From NCBI GenBank assembly GCA_052035405.1, contig JBPOHQ010000004.1, positions 70,687-134,686 on the forward strand: a stretch of 64,000 nucleotides of DNA. The letters are read 5' to 3'. The stretch is from Candidatus Nomurabacteria bacterium (lineage in GTDB: Bacteria > Patescibacteriota > Minisyncoccia > Phycocordibacterales > UBA9973). Each line of letters starts with the position of its first letter. Positions within the stretch are counted from its first letter, which is position 1. A model generated the notes under the pieces. That model was not told the origin of the DNA, made no database searches, and saw only the letters and a program-made list of their open reading frames with translations. Positions 29,741 through 39,409 of the stretch are shown here, piece by piece. The translations under genes and the position numbers were made by a program.

Positions 29741-30193
29741 ATGGAAAATAGTATCTCTATTTTAAACCAAACAAAAGGCACGTTGCCCAACGTGCCTTTT
29801 GTTCTATTAAAAGATGATATCCTAGGAAAAAAATATTCTCTGTCTATAGCGTTTATCGGAGAAAAAAAATCTAAAGAAATTAATTTTAAATATAGAGGTA
29901 AAAATAATTCTACTAACATACTCTCTTTTCCTCTATCTAAAACAGAGGGTGAAATTTTAATTTGCCCAAATGTAGTCAAAAAACAACTAAAATTATGGAA
30001 TAAAAATTACAGAGATTTTACAGGATTTCTAGTTATCCACGGCATGCTTCATTTGAAAGGAATGGAACATGGGGCTATAATGGAGAAAGCAGAGAAAAAA
30101 TATGATCAGAAATATTTCTATAGGAATAGACGTCGGAACAACCACGACCAGAATAATAGTTGGAGAATTACTAAAAGGACAACAAAATCCTAA
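29741..30193 (+). CDS. ybeY: rRNA maturation endoribonuclease YbeY
   Basis: YRGK..STNILSF, GEILIC, IHGMLHLKGMEH. Confidence 0.9.
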   Translation: MENSISILNQTKGTLPNVPFVLLKDDILGKKYSLSIAFIGEKKSKEINFKYRGKNNSTNILSFPLSKTEGEILICPNVVKKQLKLWNKNYRDFTGFLVIHGMLHLKGMEHGAIMEKAEKKYDQKYFYRNRRRNNHDQNNSWRITKRTTKS

Positions 30194-31265
30194 TATTATT
30201 GGAGTTGGTGAATATCCTACGACAGGCATGAGACACGGATATGTCGTGTCTTTTTCTGATGTTACTAAATCGATACGTAACGCAGTTGCTATGGCTGAAA
30301 AAACTTCTGGAATAAAAATAAAAAAAGCTTTTGTTTCTATTAGTAGTGTTACCCTACGTGGAGATGTGAGTACTGGCTCTGCTATTATTTCTAAGGCTGA
30401 TAATGAGGTAACAGTTCTTGATGTTAATAAAGCACTTTCTGAATGCGAAGAAAACTTACATCTGGGAAACAAAAAATTAATCCACACATATCCAATAGCA
30501 TTTAAATTAGATGGAAAAGAAGTGCATGGCCGAGTTGAAGGAATGCGTGGCACTAAGCTTGAAGTTAAAGCACTTATGGTAACTTGTTCAAATCAACATT
30601 TTGAAGACCTCATCAGTGCCATTGCTGAAGCTGGTATAGACATATTGGATGTCATTGCTTCTCCTATTGCAGGTGCTCATATCGCCTTATCTAAAAAGCA
30701 AAAAATGGTGGGTGGGGGCTTGGTGAACATAGGCTCGGAGACCATGTCTACCGTCATATTTGAAAACGAAGTCCCCATAGCATTACACAATTTTTCTATC
30801 GGTGGTTCGGATATTACCAACGATCTCGCTCTGGGTTTTAAGACCACACTCGAGCAAGCAGAAAGTATAAAACTTGGAAATAACACACAAGCTTTTCCAA
30901 AGAAAAAAGTAGACGAGATAGTGGGAGCACGACTAACTGATATGTTTGAGCTCGTTGAGAATCATTTAAAGAAAATAAAAAGGTCAGAACTCCTTCCCGC
31001 AGGAGTAGCCTTCATTGGCGGTGGAGCAAAAACTTCTGGACTTGAAGAGTTATCAAAAGAATACTTAAAACTTCCTTCACGTATTGGGGACACTGATTTT
31101 TTTGGAACTGCAAAACCAAAACTTCGCGATCCAATGTGGTTCGTAGCACTCGGACTTATCTTGGTTGGTAAAAATAACACGAATTACTACGAAGGAACAT
31201 TTTCAAATTTCTTGAAAGATTTAAAACACATACTCAAAGGGAGCCTTAAGCAACTTTTGCCATAA
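30102..31265 (+). CDS. ftsA: Cell division protein FtsA
   Basis: GIDVGTT, GGSDITNDLA, GGGA; precedes ftsZ. Confidence 0.95.
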   Translation: MIRNISIGIDVGTTTTRIIVGELLKGQQNPNIIGVGEYPTTGMRHGYVVSFSDVTKSIRNAVAMAEKTSGIKIKKAFVSISSVTLRGDVSTGSAIISKADNEVTVLDVNKALSECEENLHLGNKKLIHTYPIAFKLDGKEVHGRVEGMRGTKLEVKALMVTCSNQHFEDLISAIAEAGIDILDVIASPIAGAHIALSKKQKMVGGGLVNIGSETMSTVIFENEVPIALHNFSIGGSDITNDLALGFKTTLEQAESIKLGNNTQAFPKKKVDEIVGARLTDMFELVENHLKKIKRSELLPAGVAFIGGGAKTSGLEELSKEYLKLPSRIGDTDFFGTAKPKLRDPMWFVALGLILVGKNNTNYYEGTFSNFLKDLKHILKGSLKQLLP

Positions 31266-31386
31266 AATAATCACCTAGAAAGGGTATTTGTCAAGGATTT
31301 CCCTTTTTTTGTTTTCTGATATGATTATACCTATATAAGTTTAACGTTTTTATTATTTAACATATGCCAGAACACCTTTACGGTCT

Positions 31387-32640
31387 ATGGCTGAAATCAA
31401 CATTATGCCCAAAGTAAACCCAGAAATAGAGAGCTTCGCTCGTATCGTCGTCATCGGAATTGGAGGTTCTGGAAAGAACGCTGTAAACCACATGATCAAC
31501 TCCAAAGTTAAAGGAGTGACTTTCATTTCAATGAACACAGATACTCAAGACTTACACAATTCACTTGCTGAAAAGAAAATTCATATTGGAAAAAATTTAA
31601 CTAAAGGTCTTGGTGCTGGAATGAATCCTGAAATCGGCAAGAAAGCAGCCGAAGAAACAAAATCAGAAATTCAAGATGTTATTAAAGGTGCAGATATGAT
31701 ATTCATCGCATGTGGTATGGGAGGAGGTACAGGTACTGGTGCTGCTCCTATAGTCGCACGATGTGCAAAAGAACAAGGAATACTAACTGTCGCCGTAACT
31801 ACAAAACCATTTTTCTTTGAAGGTAATCACCGAACAAAACTAGCAGAAAAAGGTATTGAAGAATTAGCAAAAGAAGTAGACGCTATTATCGTAATACCTA
31901 ACGACAAACTTCTTCAAATGGGAGATAAAAATACAAACTTCAAAGATGCTTTTGCTACTTGCGATAATGTACTCCGTGAAGCTGTAGAAGGTATCTCTGA
32001 TTTAATTACTACCCCTGGAATCATTAACGTAGACTTTGCAGATATTAGAGCCATCATGTCTGATGCAGGGTCTGCACTCATGGGTATCGGTATTGCTTCA
32101 GGTGAAAATAGAGCTGAAAATGCTGCAAGACTCGCTATCAATTCCCCACTTCTTGAAGTATCTATTCATGGAGCAAAAGGAGTGCTTTTCGCTATTTCAG
32201 GAGGGGATGATATTACTATAAATGAAATTCAAGAAGCAGCAAAGATAGTCACCGAATCAATAGATAAAGATGCAAAGGTTATCTTTGGGACTATTCATGA
32301 TGAAAAAATGAAAAAAGGTGAAATAAAAATTACTGTAATAGCCACAAACTTCCCTACTGATATGCATAGAAAAAATCTTTTTAGTTCCGTAGCTCAACCT
32401 ACTCAAGCACAAAAAGAAATAGTAAGGGAAGAACCAATTATTCCTGTAACAAAAAAAGAAATTCACAACTCAATACCTACAATGAGTTTAAATAACACAA
32501 ACAGTACCGCTACCCCAATCAACAACGACTTCATGAAAAGGATGGAAAAGAAGCCAGAACCAGTAGAAGAAGTAATTATAGACGACGACACAGAAGACTG
32601 GAGTGCTGTTCCAGCATTTCTCAGAAGAAACAAGAAATAA
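31387..32640 (+). CDS. ftsZ: Cell division protein FtsZ
   Basis: GMGGGTGTG, NVDFAD, C-terminal VPAFLRR. Confidence 0.98.
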   Translation: MAEINIMPKVNPEIESFARIVVIGIGGSGKNAVNHMINSKVKGVTFISMNTDTQDLHNSLAEKKIHIGKNLTKGLGAGMNPEIGKKAAEETKSEIQDVIKGADMIFIACGMGGGTGTGAAPIVARCAKEQGILTVAVTTKPFFFEGNHRTKLAEKGIEELAKEVDAIIVIPNDKLLQMGDKNTNFKDAFATCDNVLREAVEGISDLITTPGIINVDFADIRAIMSDAGSALMGIGIASGENRAENAARLAINSPLLEVSIHGAKGVLFAISGGDDITINEIQEAAKIVTESIDKDAKVIFGTIHDEKMKKGEIKITVIATNFPTDMHRKNLFSSVAQPTQAQKEIVREEPIIPVTKKEIHNSIPTMSLNNTNSTATPINNDFMKRMEKKPEPVEEVIIDDDTEDWSAVPAFLRRNKK

Positions 32641-32676
32641 TCTCCAAATATTTGACGTATAGTGTATAATACATAC

Positions 32677-33606
32677 ATGAAATACGATTTAATTATTATA
32701 GGTGGTGGACCTGCAGGAACTGCCGCTAGTGTGTATGCTGCACGAAAAAGACTTAAAACATTACTCATACTCGCTGAATGGGGCGGACAAAGTATTGTTT
32801 CTGAACAGATCTACAACTGGATCGGCTCTCCTTCTATTTCTGGAAATGAATTAGCTGAGAACTTTAAAAAGCATGTGCTTGCAAATGTGGGTGCGGATTT
32901 AGAAGTTAAAGAAGGAAGCAAGGTCACAGATATCTCAAAAAATACAGAAAGTACCTTTACCATATCTACTGATACGGGAGAAACTTTTCAAACCAAAACA
33001 ATACTCATCTCTGCAGGATCTGGACGTAGAAAATTAGTTGCAAAGAATGCTGATACACTTGAACACAAAGGACTCACCTATTGTGCTTCTTGTGATGGCC
33101 CACTTTTCTCTGATATGGATGTAGTAGTTATTGGCGGAGGAAATGCTGGTTTTGAATCAGCATCTCAACTACTCGCATACTGTAAGTCTGTGACCCTTTT
33201 ACATCGAAGTGACACCTTCCGTGCAGATGAAGTAACTGTAGAGAAGATATCTAAGAATCCAAAGTTTAAAGCCATAAAAAATGTAGACATACTTGAAGTT
33301 CAAGGAGATAAATTTGTCGAAGGTATAGTCTACAAAGATAAAATCACAGGAGAAGAACACACTCTTCCCGTCTCTGGAATATTCGTAGAAATAGGACAAA
33401 TACCAAATACAGATTTTGCAAAAAATGTACTTACATTAGACGACATAGGACGCATCAAGATAGATCCATGGACAGGCAAAACAGATGTACCTGGTATCTG
33501 GGCTGCTGGAGACTGTACTAATGTGCTCTATCATCAAAACAACATCGCTGCTGGTGATGCTGTACGGGCACTCGAAGACATATATCTTGCGATACACGCA
33601 AAATAA
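32677..33606 (+). CDS. trxB: Thioredoxin reductase (TrxB/AhpF-like)
   Basis: GGGPAG, CASCDG, GGGNAG, AAGD. Confidence 0.9.
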   Translation: MKYDLIIIGGGPAGTAASVYAARKRLKTLLILAEWGGQSIVSEQIYNWIGSPSISGNELAENFKKHVLANVGADLEVKEGSKVTDISKNTESTFTISTDTGETFQTKTILISAGSGRRKLVAKNADTLEHKGLTYCASCDGPLFSDMDVVVIGGGNAGFESASQLLAYCKSVTLLHRSDTFRADEVTVEKISKNPKFKAIKNVDILEVQGDKFVEGIVYKDKITGEEHTLPVSGIFVEIGQIPNTDFAKNVLTLDDIGRIKIDPWTGKTDVPGIWAAGDCTNVLYHQNNIAAGDAVRALEDIYLAIHAK

Positions 33607-33612
33607 TACTAC

Positions 33613-34767
33613 TTACACGTGCGTATGATTAGCATGCGAAATAGAAGCAACTCCTTTATAATTTTTCAATACATATACAGCAAGTAATGTTGTAATTGGA
33701 ACAGTTAAGATCAAACCGATACTGCCTACTACTGTTCGTATTATTTCAGTTGCAAAAATTTCTTGATTAATTACACTCACACCTAAAGAATTTGAAGAAG
33801 AAAATAGTAGGAGCAAAGGGAGTGAGGCTCCTGTATACGCAAGTGCTAATGTGTTTACCAACGCTCCTACATGCTCTTTACCTACACTGAGAGCCTTTTT
33901 ATATACTTCTTTTTTTGAAAGATTAGGAGCTGAGTTGTATAGCTCCCGTACAACTGCAGCTTGAGTGACAGCTATATCGTCTAGAACCCCAAGAACTCCA
34001 ATCATTATGCCACCAAGGAGGAGCCCGGTAAAATCCAGTGTACCTCGAGTATTTAAGTTTAAATAAAAAGCTTCTTCTGTAGCAAAACCTGTAAAACGAG
34101 CCAAGGTCACACCAAGGTACGCAAGAATTCCAGTTAAAGTCACTGCAATCACTGTACCCGTAAACGCAACCGTTGATACTCGATTAAAGCCATGGGTAAG
34201 GTAGATAGCAAGGAAAAGAATAACGGTAGCCACAAAGACACTCGTAAGAATAGGAGGATACCCGTGCAAGAGGGCTGGAATCAAGAGATACACAATAACG
34301 AAGAAACTTCCCAAAAGTCCAAGAAGTGATCTTACTCCTTGCTTACCAGAAAACAACAAAACAACACCTATAAATAAAGCAATAAAAAATAGTATTACAG
34401 GTATACGATTAACATCTCTGACAGAGTAAATCTCTCTACCATCGATACCATCAATGCTATGATACAAGAAAAAAGTATCTCCTTCTTCAAGGGAAACATA
34501 ATCATTTTCCAAGGTTACTTCTAACCCCTTCTGCTCGCCTTCTAAAATTTCTACTTTGATAGTTTGATTTAAACTTTCTATGCCTGTATTTACGATATCT
34601 TCTGTGCTTTCACTCAAGACATCTATAACCCTTGTCTTTACAATCTCGGTTTTATCTTGGACAAGCTCTTGTGAGTAAACCAACGGTGCCACAAAAAAAG
34701 CACTTAAAAGTAATATAGCGAGAGAGAATAAAATTCCTTTTCTTTGAGACATTAGTTTTTTGAACAA
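33613..34767 (-). CDS. YibE/F-family membrane protein
   Basis: GVLDDIAVTQ, LVNTLALAYTG, EIIRTVVGSIG; C-terminal HANHTH. Confidence 0.92.
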   Translation of the reverse strand: MFKKLMSQRKGILFSLAILLLSAFFVAPLVYSQELVQDKTEIVKTRVIDVLSESTEDIVNTGIESLNQTIKVEILEGEQKGLEVTLENDYVSLEEGDTFFLYHSIDGIDGREIYSVRDVNRIPVILFFIALFIGVVLLFSGKQGVRSLLGLLGSFFVIVYLLIPALLHGYPPILTSVFVATVILFLAIYLTHGFNRVSTVAFTGTVIAVTLTGILAYLGVTLARFTGFATEEAFYLNLNTRGTLDFTGLLLGGIMIGVLGVLDDIAVTQAAVVRELYNSAPNLSKKEVYKKALSVGKEHVGALVNTLALAYTGASLPLLLLFSSSNSLGVSVINQEIFATEIIRTVVGSIGLILTVPITTLLAVYVLKNYKGVASISHANHTHV

Positions 34768-35183
34768 GCATTACAGATCCCAAATAAATCGAAAGAGTGA
34801 TGTTTGATTAATTTAAAATCCTTAACTTGTTTTAGTGCTTTAGTAATTAAAATATCAGCATCACAACCCGTAAAGTCAGATATCTTTTTGCATGAGAGAC
34901 ATATAACGTGATGATGATCCTCTATATGATCTGCTATTTCATATTGAGCTTCTCGCTCTCCGGTATTTACTCTTTTGATTAAACCTTTTTTCTCTAAAAC
35001 ATCCAATGTTCTATATACAGTCACTTTGTCTGCTTTATCTTTTTTTAATTTTTCAAAAAGAATGTTCGCTGATATTGGTTTTTTTGATGTTAGAAGCAAC
35101 TCTAAAAGAGCCACACGTGGCAACGTTTTTTTCAATCCAGCCTTATTTAATATAGCTTCAGTTTCATTTAGTTTATCTTTCAT
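34752..35183 (-). CDS. Fur/Zur-family transcriptional regulator
   Basis: TVYRTL, HHHVICLSC, C-terminal CxxC. Confidence 0.92.
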   Translation of the reverse strand: MKDKLNETEAILNKAGLKKTLPRVALLELLLTSKKPISANILFEKLKKDKADKVTVYRTLDVLEKKGLIKRVNTGEREAQYEIADHIEDHHHVICLSCKKISDFTGCDADILITKALKQVKDFKLIKHHSFDLFGICNACSKN

Positions 35184-35233
35184 ATATAAATACTAGTCTT
35201 TTTGGAGGTAAATGTAAAATACCTGTACAACAT

Positions 35234-35303
35234 TAAATGCAATTTACTTGCGTTTATATACCTATATGTTATATTAAATATAAATGCAATTTTATTGCAA
35301 TTG
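35234..35303. promoter_or_regulatory. Two 23-bp palindromic operators in divergent promoter
   Basis: TAAATGCAA-N5-TTGCGTTTA (35234-35256) and TAAATGCAA-N5-TTGCAATTG (35281-35303). Confidence 0.7.
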
Positions 35304-35336
35304 TTCATTTACAGTTTAACAAAAAATTCATAAGTC

Positions 35337-36137
35337 ATGTGCAAAAAATGCGAAATTCAAGGAATTACTATGGAGTTAGAATTCTTAACCATCCCCTCTT
35401 TAAAAAAGATGGAACAAAAACTTTCCCAAATAAAAGCATGGGAAAATCTTTTTAAATCAGGTTGGCACGAAGAAGATTTAATCCAAAGGGCTTATGCTCA
35501 CCTGGTGTGGACTATGCGAGAAGCAGAAAAATGCAACCAACCTCATTGGGTAACCAACGCTCGAGCGTTTTTATCAGCGATGGCAAAAGGTTTTTTAAAC
35601 CCTTTTAATCCAGAACAATTCAAACCCAAATCAGGAGATCCGAACTTTTCTTTCAAAATGGCTGTGGTGTCCGCAATTTCTGAGGCGTCAAATTTCTACG
35701 GCAACAGATGCCCTTCAGTTCTCTGGAACTCATTTGTCTACTTGGGTACACGAGAAGATCCAGAAGAATCGCGTTCGATCCTGAAAGAAGCCTCAGAACT
35801 CCCCCACCACTATGCCATAGTGGATACCATGCTTCATGCTAGTGCAAAATGTTACAAACTCCTACTTACAGTGCAGAGTTTTATGTACAAAAAAACGGGT
35901 ATGGTTATTGACCACAATTGCGATTGTAACTGTTCTCTGGTAAATTTACTCACTGGTACTGGTGAAATGGCTGTGATGTTCAAAATCAAACCCGAACAAA
36001 TTTTTGAAGCAACGCAAAGTGCTTTCACGCACATGCTTGCAGAATCGCATTTGATTTTGAACTGTAAGCTTCCTTTTGAATACACAGTCACAAAAGAAGC
36101 GGGGTTGCTTGAAGGAATTAGTGTAAGGGAAAATTAA
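35337..36137 (+). CDS. Cys/His-rich hypothetical protein
   Basis: MCKKC N-terminus, HNCDCNC; own terminator at about 36159-36186. Confidence 0.7.
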   Translation: MCKKCEIQGITMELEFLTIPSLKKMEQKLSQIKAWENLFKSGWHEEDLIQRAYAHLVWTMREAEKCNQPHWVTNARAFLSAMAKGFLNPFNPEQFKPKSGDPNFSFKMAVVSAISEASNFYGNRCPSVLWNSFVYLGTREDPEESRSILKEASELPHHYAIVDTMLHASAKCYKLLLTVQSFMYKKTGMVIDHNCDCNCSLVNLLTGTGEMAVMFKIKPEQIFEATQSAFTHMLAESHLILNCKLPFEYTVTKEAGLLEGISVREN

Positions 36138-36215
36138 TATTCCCTTCGAACAATTTTAGCTCCGCGACCTCTCAAGGACGCGGAGCATTTTATTAAATTA
36201 ATTATTTTAAATATT

Positions 36216-36551
36216 ATGGAATTACTTTTTACAACTTCTGCTATAGCGGGAGGCTCAGTCTTATGGCGTAACTGGCTAGAGCATCACGAAGGTTGGAAAA
36301 ATTACATAAAGAAAGCTCTAGGATCCTTGGATAAGGTTCTTTTATGTGGTTCATGTTTTACCTACTGGCTATCTTTATTTGCTTTATGTTTTATTAATCC
36401 CTTTCTTGAATTTTCAGAACAATTCAACTCAAAAACTATTTTCTTTATAGCTTCTTGGATGGCACTTTCTTATCTTTCTGTATTCTTACGTTTTGTTTAT
36501 ATTTTAATTCAAGAGACAGTTAGTGAAAAAGTACATAAACATACACATTAA
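36216..36551 (+). CDS. Small membrane protein, DUF1360-like
   Basis: LLCGSCFTYW motif, TMs, C-terminal HKHTH. Confidence 0.65.
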   Translation: MELLFTTSAIAGGSVLWRNWLEHHEGWKNYIKKALGSLDKVLLCGSCFTYWLSLFALCFINPFLEFSEQFNSKTIFFIASWMALSYLSVFLRFVYILIQETVSEKVHKHTH

Positions 36552-36630
36552 TCTGAGTAAAAATAACTTCTCCTAAAATTATGACTTATATCGAGTTGGA
36601 GAAACTGACACAATACATGTATTCTTTTTC

Positions 36631-36795
36631 TTATTCCTGAAATTGAACAGCGTATTTTGCCCGACTGTTTTCAGCAAAATTAATCCATTTTTGATATCCA
36701 TCACCTAAATACATGAACTTAGCAGGAGATTCCGCTCGAGAGTCTAAAGCAGAAAGCAATTCAAGTTCCTGGATTTTATTTAAAGCATGGGGCAT
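36631..36795 (-). pseudogene. Probable truncated EgtD-like methyltransferase fragment
   Basis: 54-aa ORF with leaderless TATAAT; PAKFMYLGDG..W resembles the EgtD N-terminal P.KY.Y...G motif. Confidence 0.35.
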
Positions 36796-36820
36796 GTTTT
36801 TATTATATATTTTCCAAATA

Positions 36821-37759
36821 CTAAAACAATGTTGCATCGCACTTCGCCTGTAAAGCGGTAATGTCATCAACTGTGAGCTCTAACCGATCTCCACTATTCA
36901 ACCGATACATAATTGCTTCTGGATTTTCTACGTGGTTCAGTCCCAATGCGTGACCAAGCTCATGAGTCAACACTCGTATCAACTTATCTTTACTTTCAAA
37001 TTGATAAATATCTATCTTTTGACCTTCAGGACCCGTGTGATAAATACCTTCATTAAATTCTTCCCCATTTTCTTTACTTATCTCGTTATATTTATTTACA
37101 TCGATATGAAGTGTTCGAGCAAGAGCGTTTAATTCTTCTGCTAAAGCATTCAGTTCTATCACTTGGGCATTTACAACATCTTGTTTTTTATTGATCTGAT
37201 CTGCTTCTTCTGTGAGATATGTCCTTTCTTGACTCAATCGAGCATATTCTTTCTGAGTTGCTCCACCGTGAGCATTCCAATATGAGACATCTTTTTCATA
37301 TGCACTCTTACGAGTTTCAAAAACAGCAACCCGCTGCTCATACTGGGCTTTAATTACCTTAAAAGTGGCTTGAGCGGCATCGTATTTTGATTTTAGAGTT
37401 TTATATGATGCTTCATTATTATCTAACACAGCGTCAATTTTCTGAAGTTTTTTTGTAGCTTCTTGTCTGTTGTCATAAATTAAATTTACCTTAAGACTTC
37501 CGTCATCTTCGTATTTAAATAAATCTTTACCACTTGGAGTCTCCCAGATCTTTTCTGCTTTTTGTAAAATTTCTTTAAATTCTTCTTTTGAAATATTAAA
37601 TTCAGTATCAAAGGTACCGATACTGTATGCAATGGGTGCAGTACATGGAAAATAATGATTCCTATTTTGTTCCCAAGCAGTACTTATTGGATCTTGAAAA
37701 TAAAAAATAAATCCACCTAAAACAGCTAAAGCAAATATGTTGTATAAAAAATTCTTCAC
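36821..37759 (-). CDS. Matrixin-family (M10) metalloprotease with coiled-coil insert
   Basis: HELGHALGLNH plus Met-turn AIMY; N-terminal TM. Confidence 0.9.
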   Translation of the reverse strand: MKNFLYNIFALAVLGGFIFYFQDPISTAWEQNRNHYFPCTAPIAYSIGTFDTEFNISKEEFKEILQKAEKIWETPSGKDLFKYEDDGSLKVNLIYDNRQEATKKLQKIDAVLDNNEASYKTLKSKYDAAQATFKVIKAQYEQRVAVFETRKSAYEKDVSYWNAHGGATQKEYARLSQERTYLTEEADQINKKQDVVNAQVIELNALAEELNALARTLHIDVNKYNEISKENGEEFNEGIYHTGPEGQKIDIYQFESKDKLIRVLTHELGHALGLNHVENPEAIMYRLNSGDRLELTVDDITALQAKCDATLF

Positions 37760-37828
37760 TTATAAATTATACCAGAATATGCATAATATTTTTGCAGTTT
37801 ATTTTAAAATACGATACGATTAAGACAT

Positions 37829-38254
37829 ATGTTTCTCTTCCGCAGGCATCCATCTTGGTTTATTGTCACCTCTAATGTATTTTTGTTGTTCCCTCTCTTT
37901 GTCGCTTTCTTTAAAAAAGAATGGGTATATTTCGGCATTACTCTTGGAATTTTTGTCGCTTCTATTGGATTCCATTATGGATATGAATTCCATAGGAAAA
38001 ACCCTTTGACTCAAAAATTTAGAATCCTAGACTGGCTTCTCGCAATGCTTGGAACATTGTATGTTTTTTATTTTATAACTCAATCTGATGCAAGGATGAG
38101 TATGAAAGTCCTTTTTGCTGCTCTGTTCATGATAACTCTCACTTTTTTCTGGTACAGCTATATTTTAAAAAATTATGAGGGATACAAAAAACTCCACCCT
38201 TGGTTTCATGTATTTTCCCCTATAGTTTTAGGATTTATTGTTTTGTTTTTGTAA
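37829..38254 (+). CDS. Hypothetical multi-pass membrane protein (CREST-like His motifs)
   Basis: SxxxH, LDW, HPWFH in TM segments. Confidence 0.6.
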   Translation: MFLFRRHPSWFIVTSNVFLLFPLFVAFFKKEWVYFGITLGIFVASIGFHYGYEFHRKNPLTQKFRILDWLLAMLGTLYVFYFITQSDARMSMKVLFAALFMITLTFFWYSYILKNYEGYKKLHPWFHVFSPIVLGFIVLFL

Positions 38255-38257
38255 AAC

Positions 38258-38848
38258 TTATTGCTCAATAACGACCTTTAATTTAGGCCATTTTTCTAAC
38301 CATTTTTTAGTTTTTACTCTGTCCCAAAAAAGATCAAGATTTTTATATTGTGGAGCGGTGGGTCTGATGATTAAATTCACTAAGTCGTCTATACCGTGGG
38401 GAGCTATTATCCTCGGTTCACCATTTTCAAGAGTTACGGCCACACACGTCGGCGTCTCTACCCATTCAGAAAGTCCTTCTTCTGCATTTCGGTAATGCTC
38501 CGTCCTGTCATGCTTAGTATGCATATATGCTTGATTTCTTATCTCCCATTCGAGCCCCAGGAGCCCGGACATCTTTTCTGAAAGCTTTTTATCTGCCTCT
38601 TTATCAGGATTATTCATATCAAAATATATTAAATCGATATCTCTCGTATCAGCAACTTCCCTTTTTATATCATGAAGATGATCCCAAACTTTATTCCTCA
38701 AAAATCCTGCACCAATCATCCAATCAGGCAAGTTTAACTTCTCCGCTTCATGAAGCACGTCCATCATCCATTTATCACTTTTTACTAAGTTTATTATTTC
38801 TTCTGTTTTCATTGGTGTGTTTAAATTAGTCTTCCCAAACCTCCACAA
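38258..38848 (-). CDS. Nucleotidyltransferase family protein (DUF925)
   Basis: GAGFLRNKVWD, DIDLIYFD, WEIRNQAYMH, APHGIDDL. Confidence 0.9.
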   Translation of the reverse strand: MWRFGKTNLNTPMKTEEIINLVKSDKWMMDVLHEAEKLNLPDWMIGAGFLRNKVWDHLHDIKREVADTRDIDLIYFDMNNPDKEADKKLSEKMSGLLGLEWEIRNQAYMHTKHDRTEHYRNAEEGLSEWVETPTCVAVTLENGEPRIIAPHGIDDLVNLIIRPTAPQYKNLDLFWDRVKTKKWLEKWPKLKVVIEQ

Positions 38849-39191
38849 AAGATTTTGCTGTTTCGTGAAGTTTTATTTTTACAACATTAACACCCTTTGT
38901 CTTAATCCTATTAAAGCACTCAGTTGCTAGATTTTCTGCTGTTGTAGTAAAAGGTAGAATATCATTCAGATATTGATGATCCCATTGAGAAATAATCTCA
39001 CTTTCAACAATTTTTGACAGATCTGAAAAATCCATAACCATACCCTCTTTGCTACCGCTTTCAATTATTTTACCTGAAACAGTCACCTCGAGCACGTATG
39101 AATGACCATGTAAATTTTTACACTTTCCATCATGATTCGGCAAACTATGAGCTGCTTCAAATTTAAATTGTTTTGTAATCGAGGTATTCAT
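38826..39191 (-). CDS. queD: 6-carboxytetrahydropterin synthase
   Basis: FEAAH, CKNLHGHSY, GMVMDF, TAENLA, ET. Confidence 0.93.
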   Translation of the reverse strand: MNTSITKQFKFEAAHSLPNHDGKCKNLHGHSYVLEVTVSGKIIESGSKEGMVMDFSDLSKIVESEIISQWDHQYLNDILPFTTTAENLATECFNRIKTKGVNVVKIKLHETAKSFVEVWED

Positions 39192-39233
39192 AAGTTAAAT
39201 ATACTATTAGTGTTAGTTTATTGCTAGTGACAT

Positions 39234-39290
39234 TCTTCACAAAAACGCAAAAGACTGGAGCAGTCCAGTCTTTTCTTTATAAGCGTTTTT
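39234..39290. repeat. 57-bp hairpin, direct repeat of 42481-42538
   Basis: Identical except one A in a homopolymer; AAAAGACTGGA-GCAG-TCCAGTCTTTT core. Confidence 0.95.
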
Positions 39291-39291
39291 A

Positions 39292-39381
39292 TGAGCGTTC
39301 AGCAGATAGAACCAAACAATTCGTTACCCTGTAAGGCTATTTTAGCTAGTTTTAGATAATTTTATCGACCCTTCTCGAGCG
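39292..39381 (-). repeat. Cassette right-end element, copy 2
   Basis: TGAGCGTTCAGCAGATAGAAC-N53-CGACCCTTCTCGAGCG. Confidence 0.9.
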
Positions 39382-39409
39382 ATTGTTAAAAATACTAAAT
39401 TTCTGATGA

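Noticed and set aside
36631-36870. 79-aa ORF as listed in the track
   Set aside because: First 25 codons overlap the matrixin end and the promoter; ATG 36795 after TATAAT is preferred
39192-39233. preQ1 riboswitch upstream of queD
   Set aside because: An AATAAACTAA tail is present but no P1 stem can be formed
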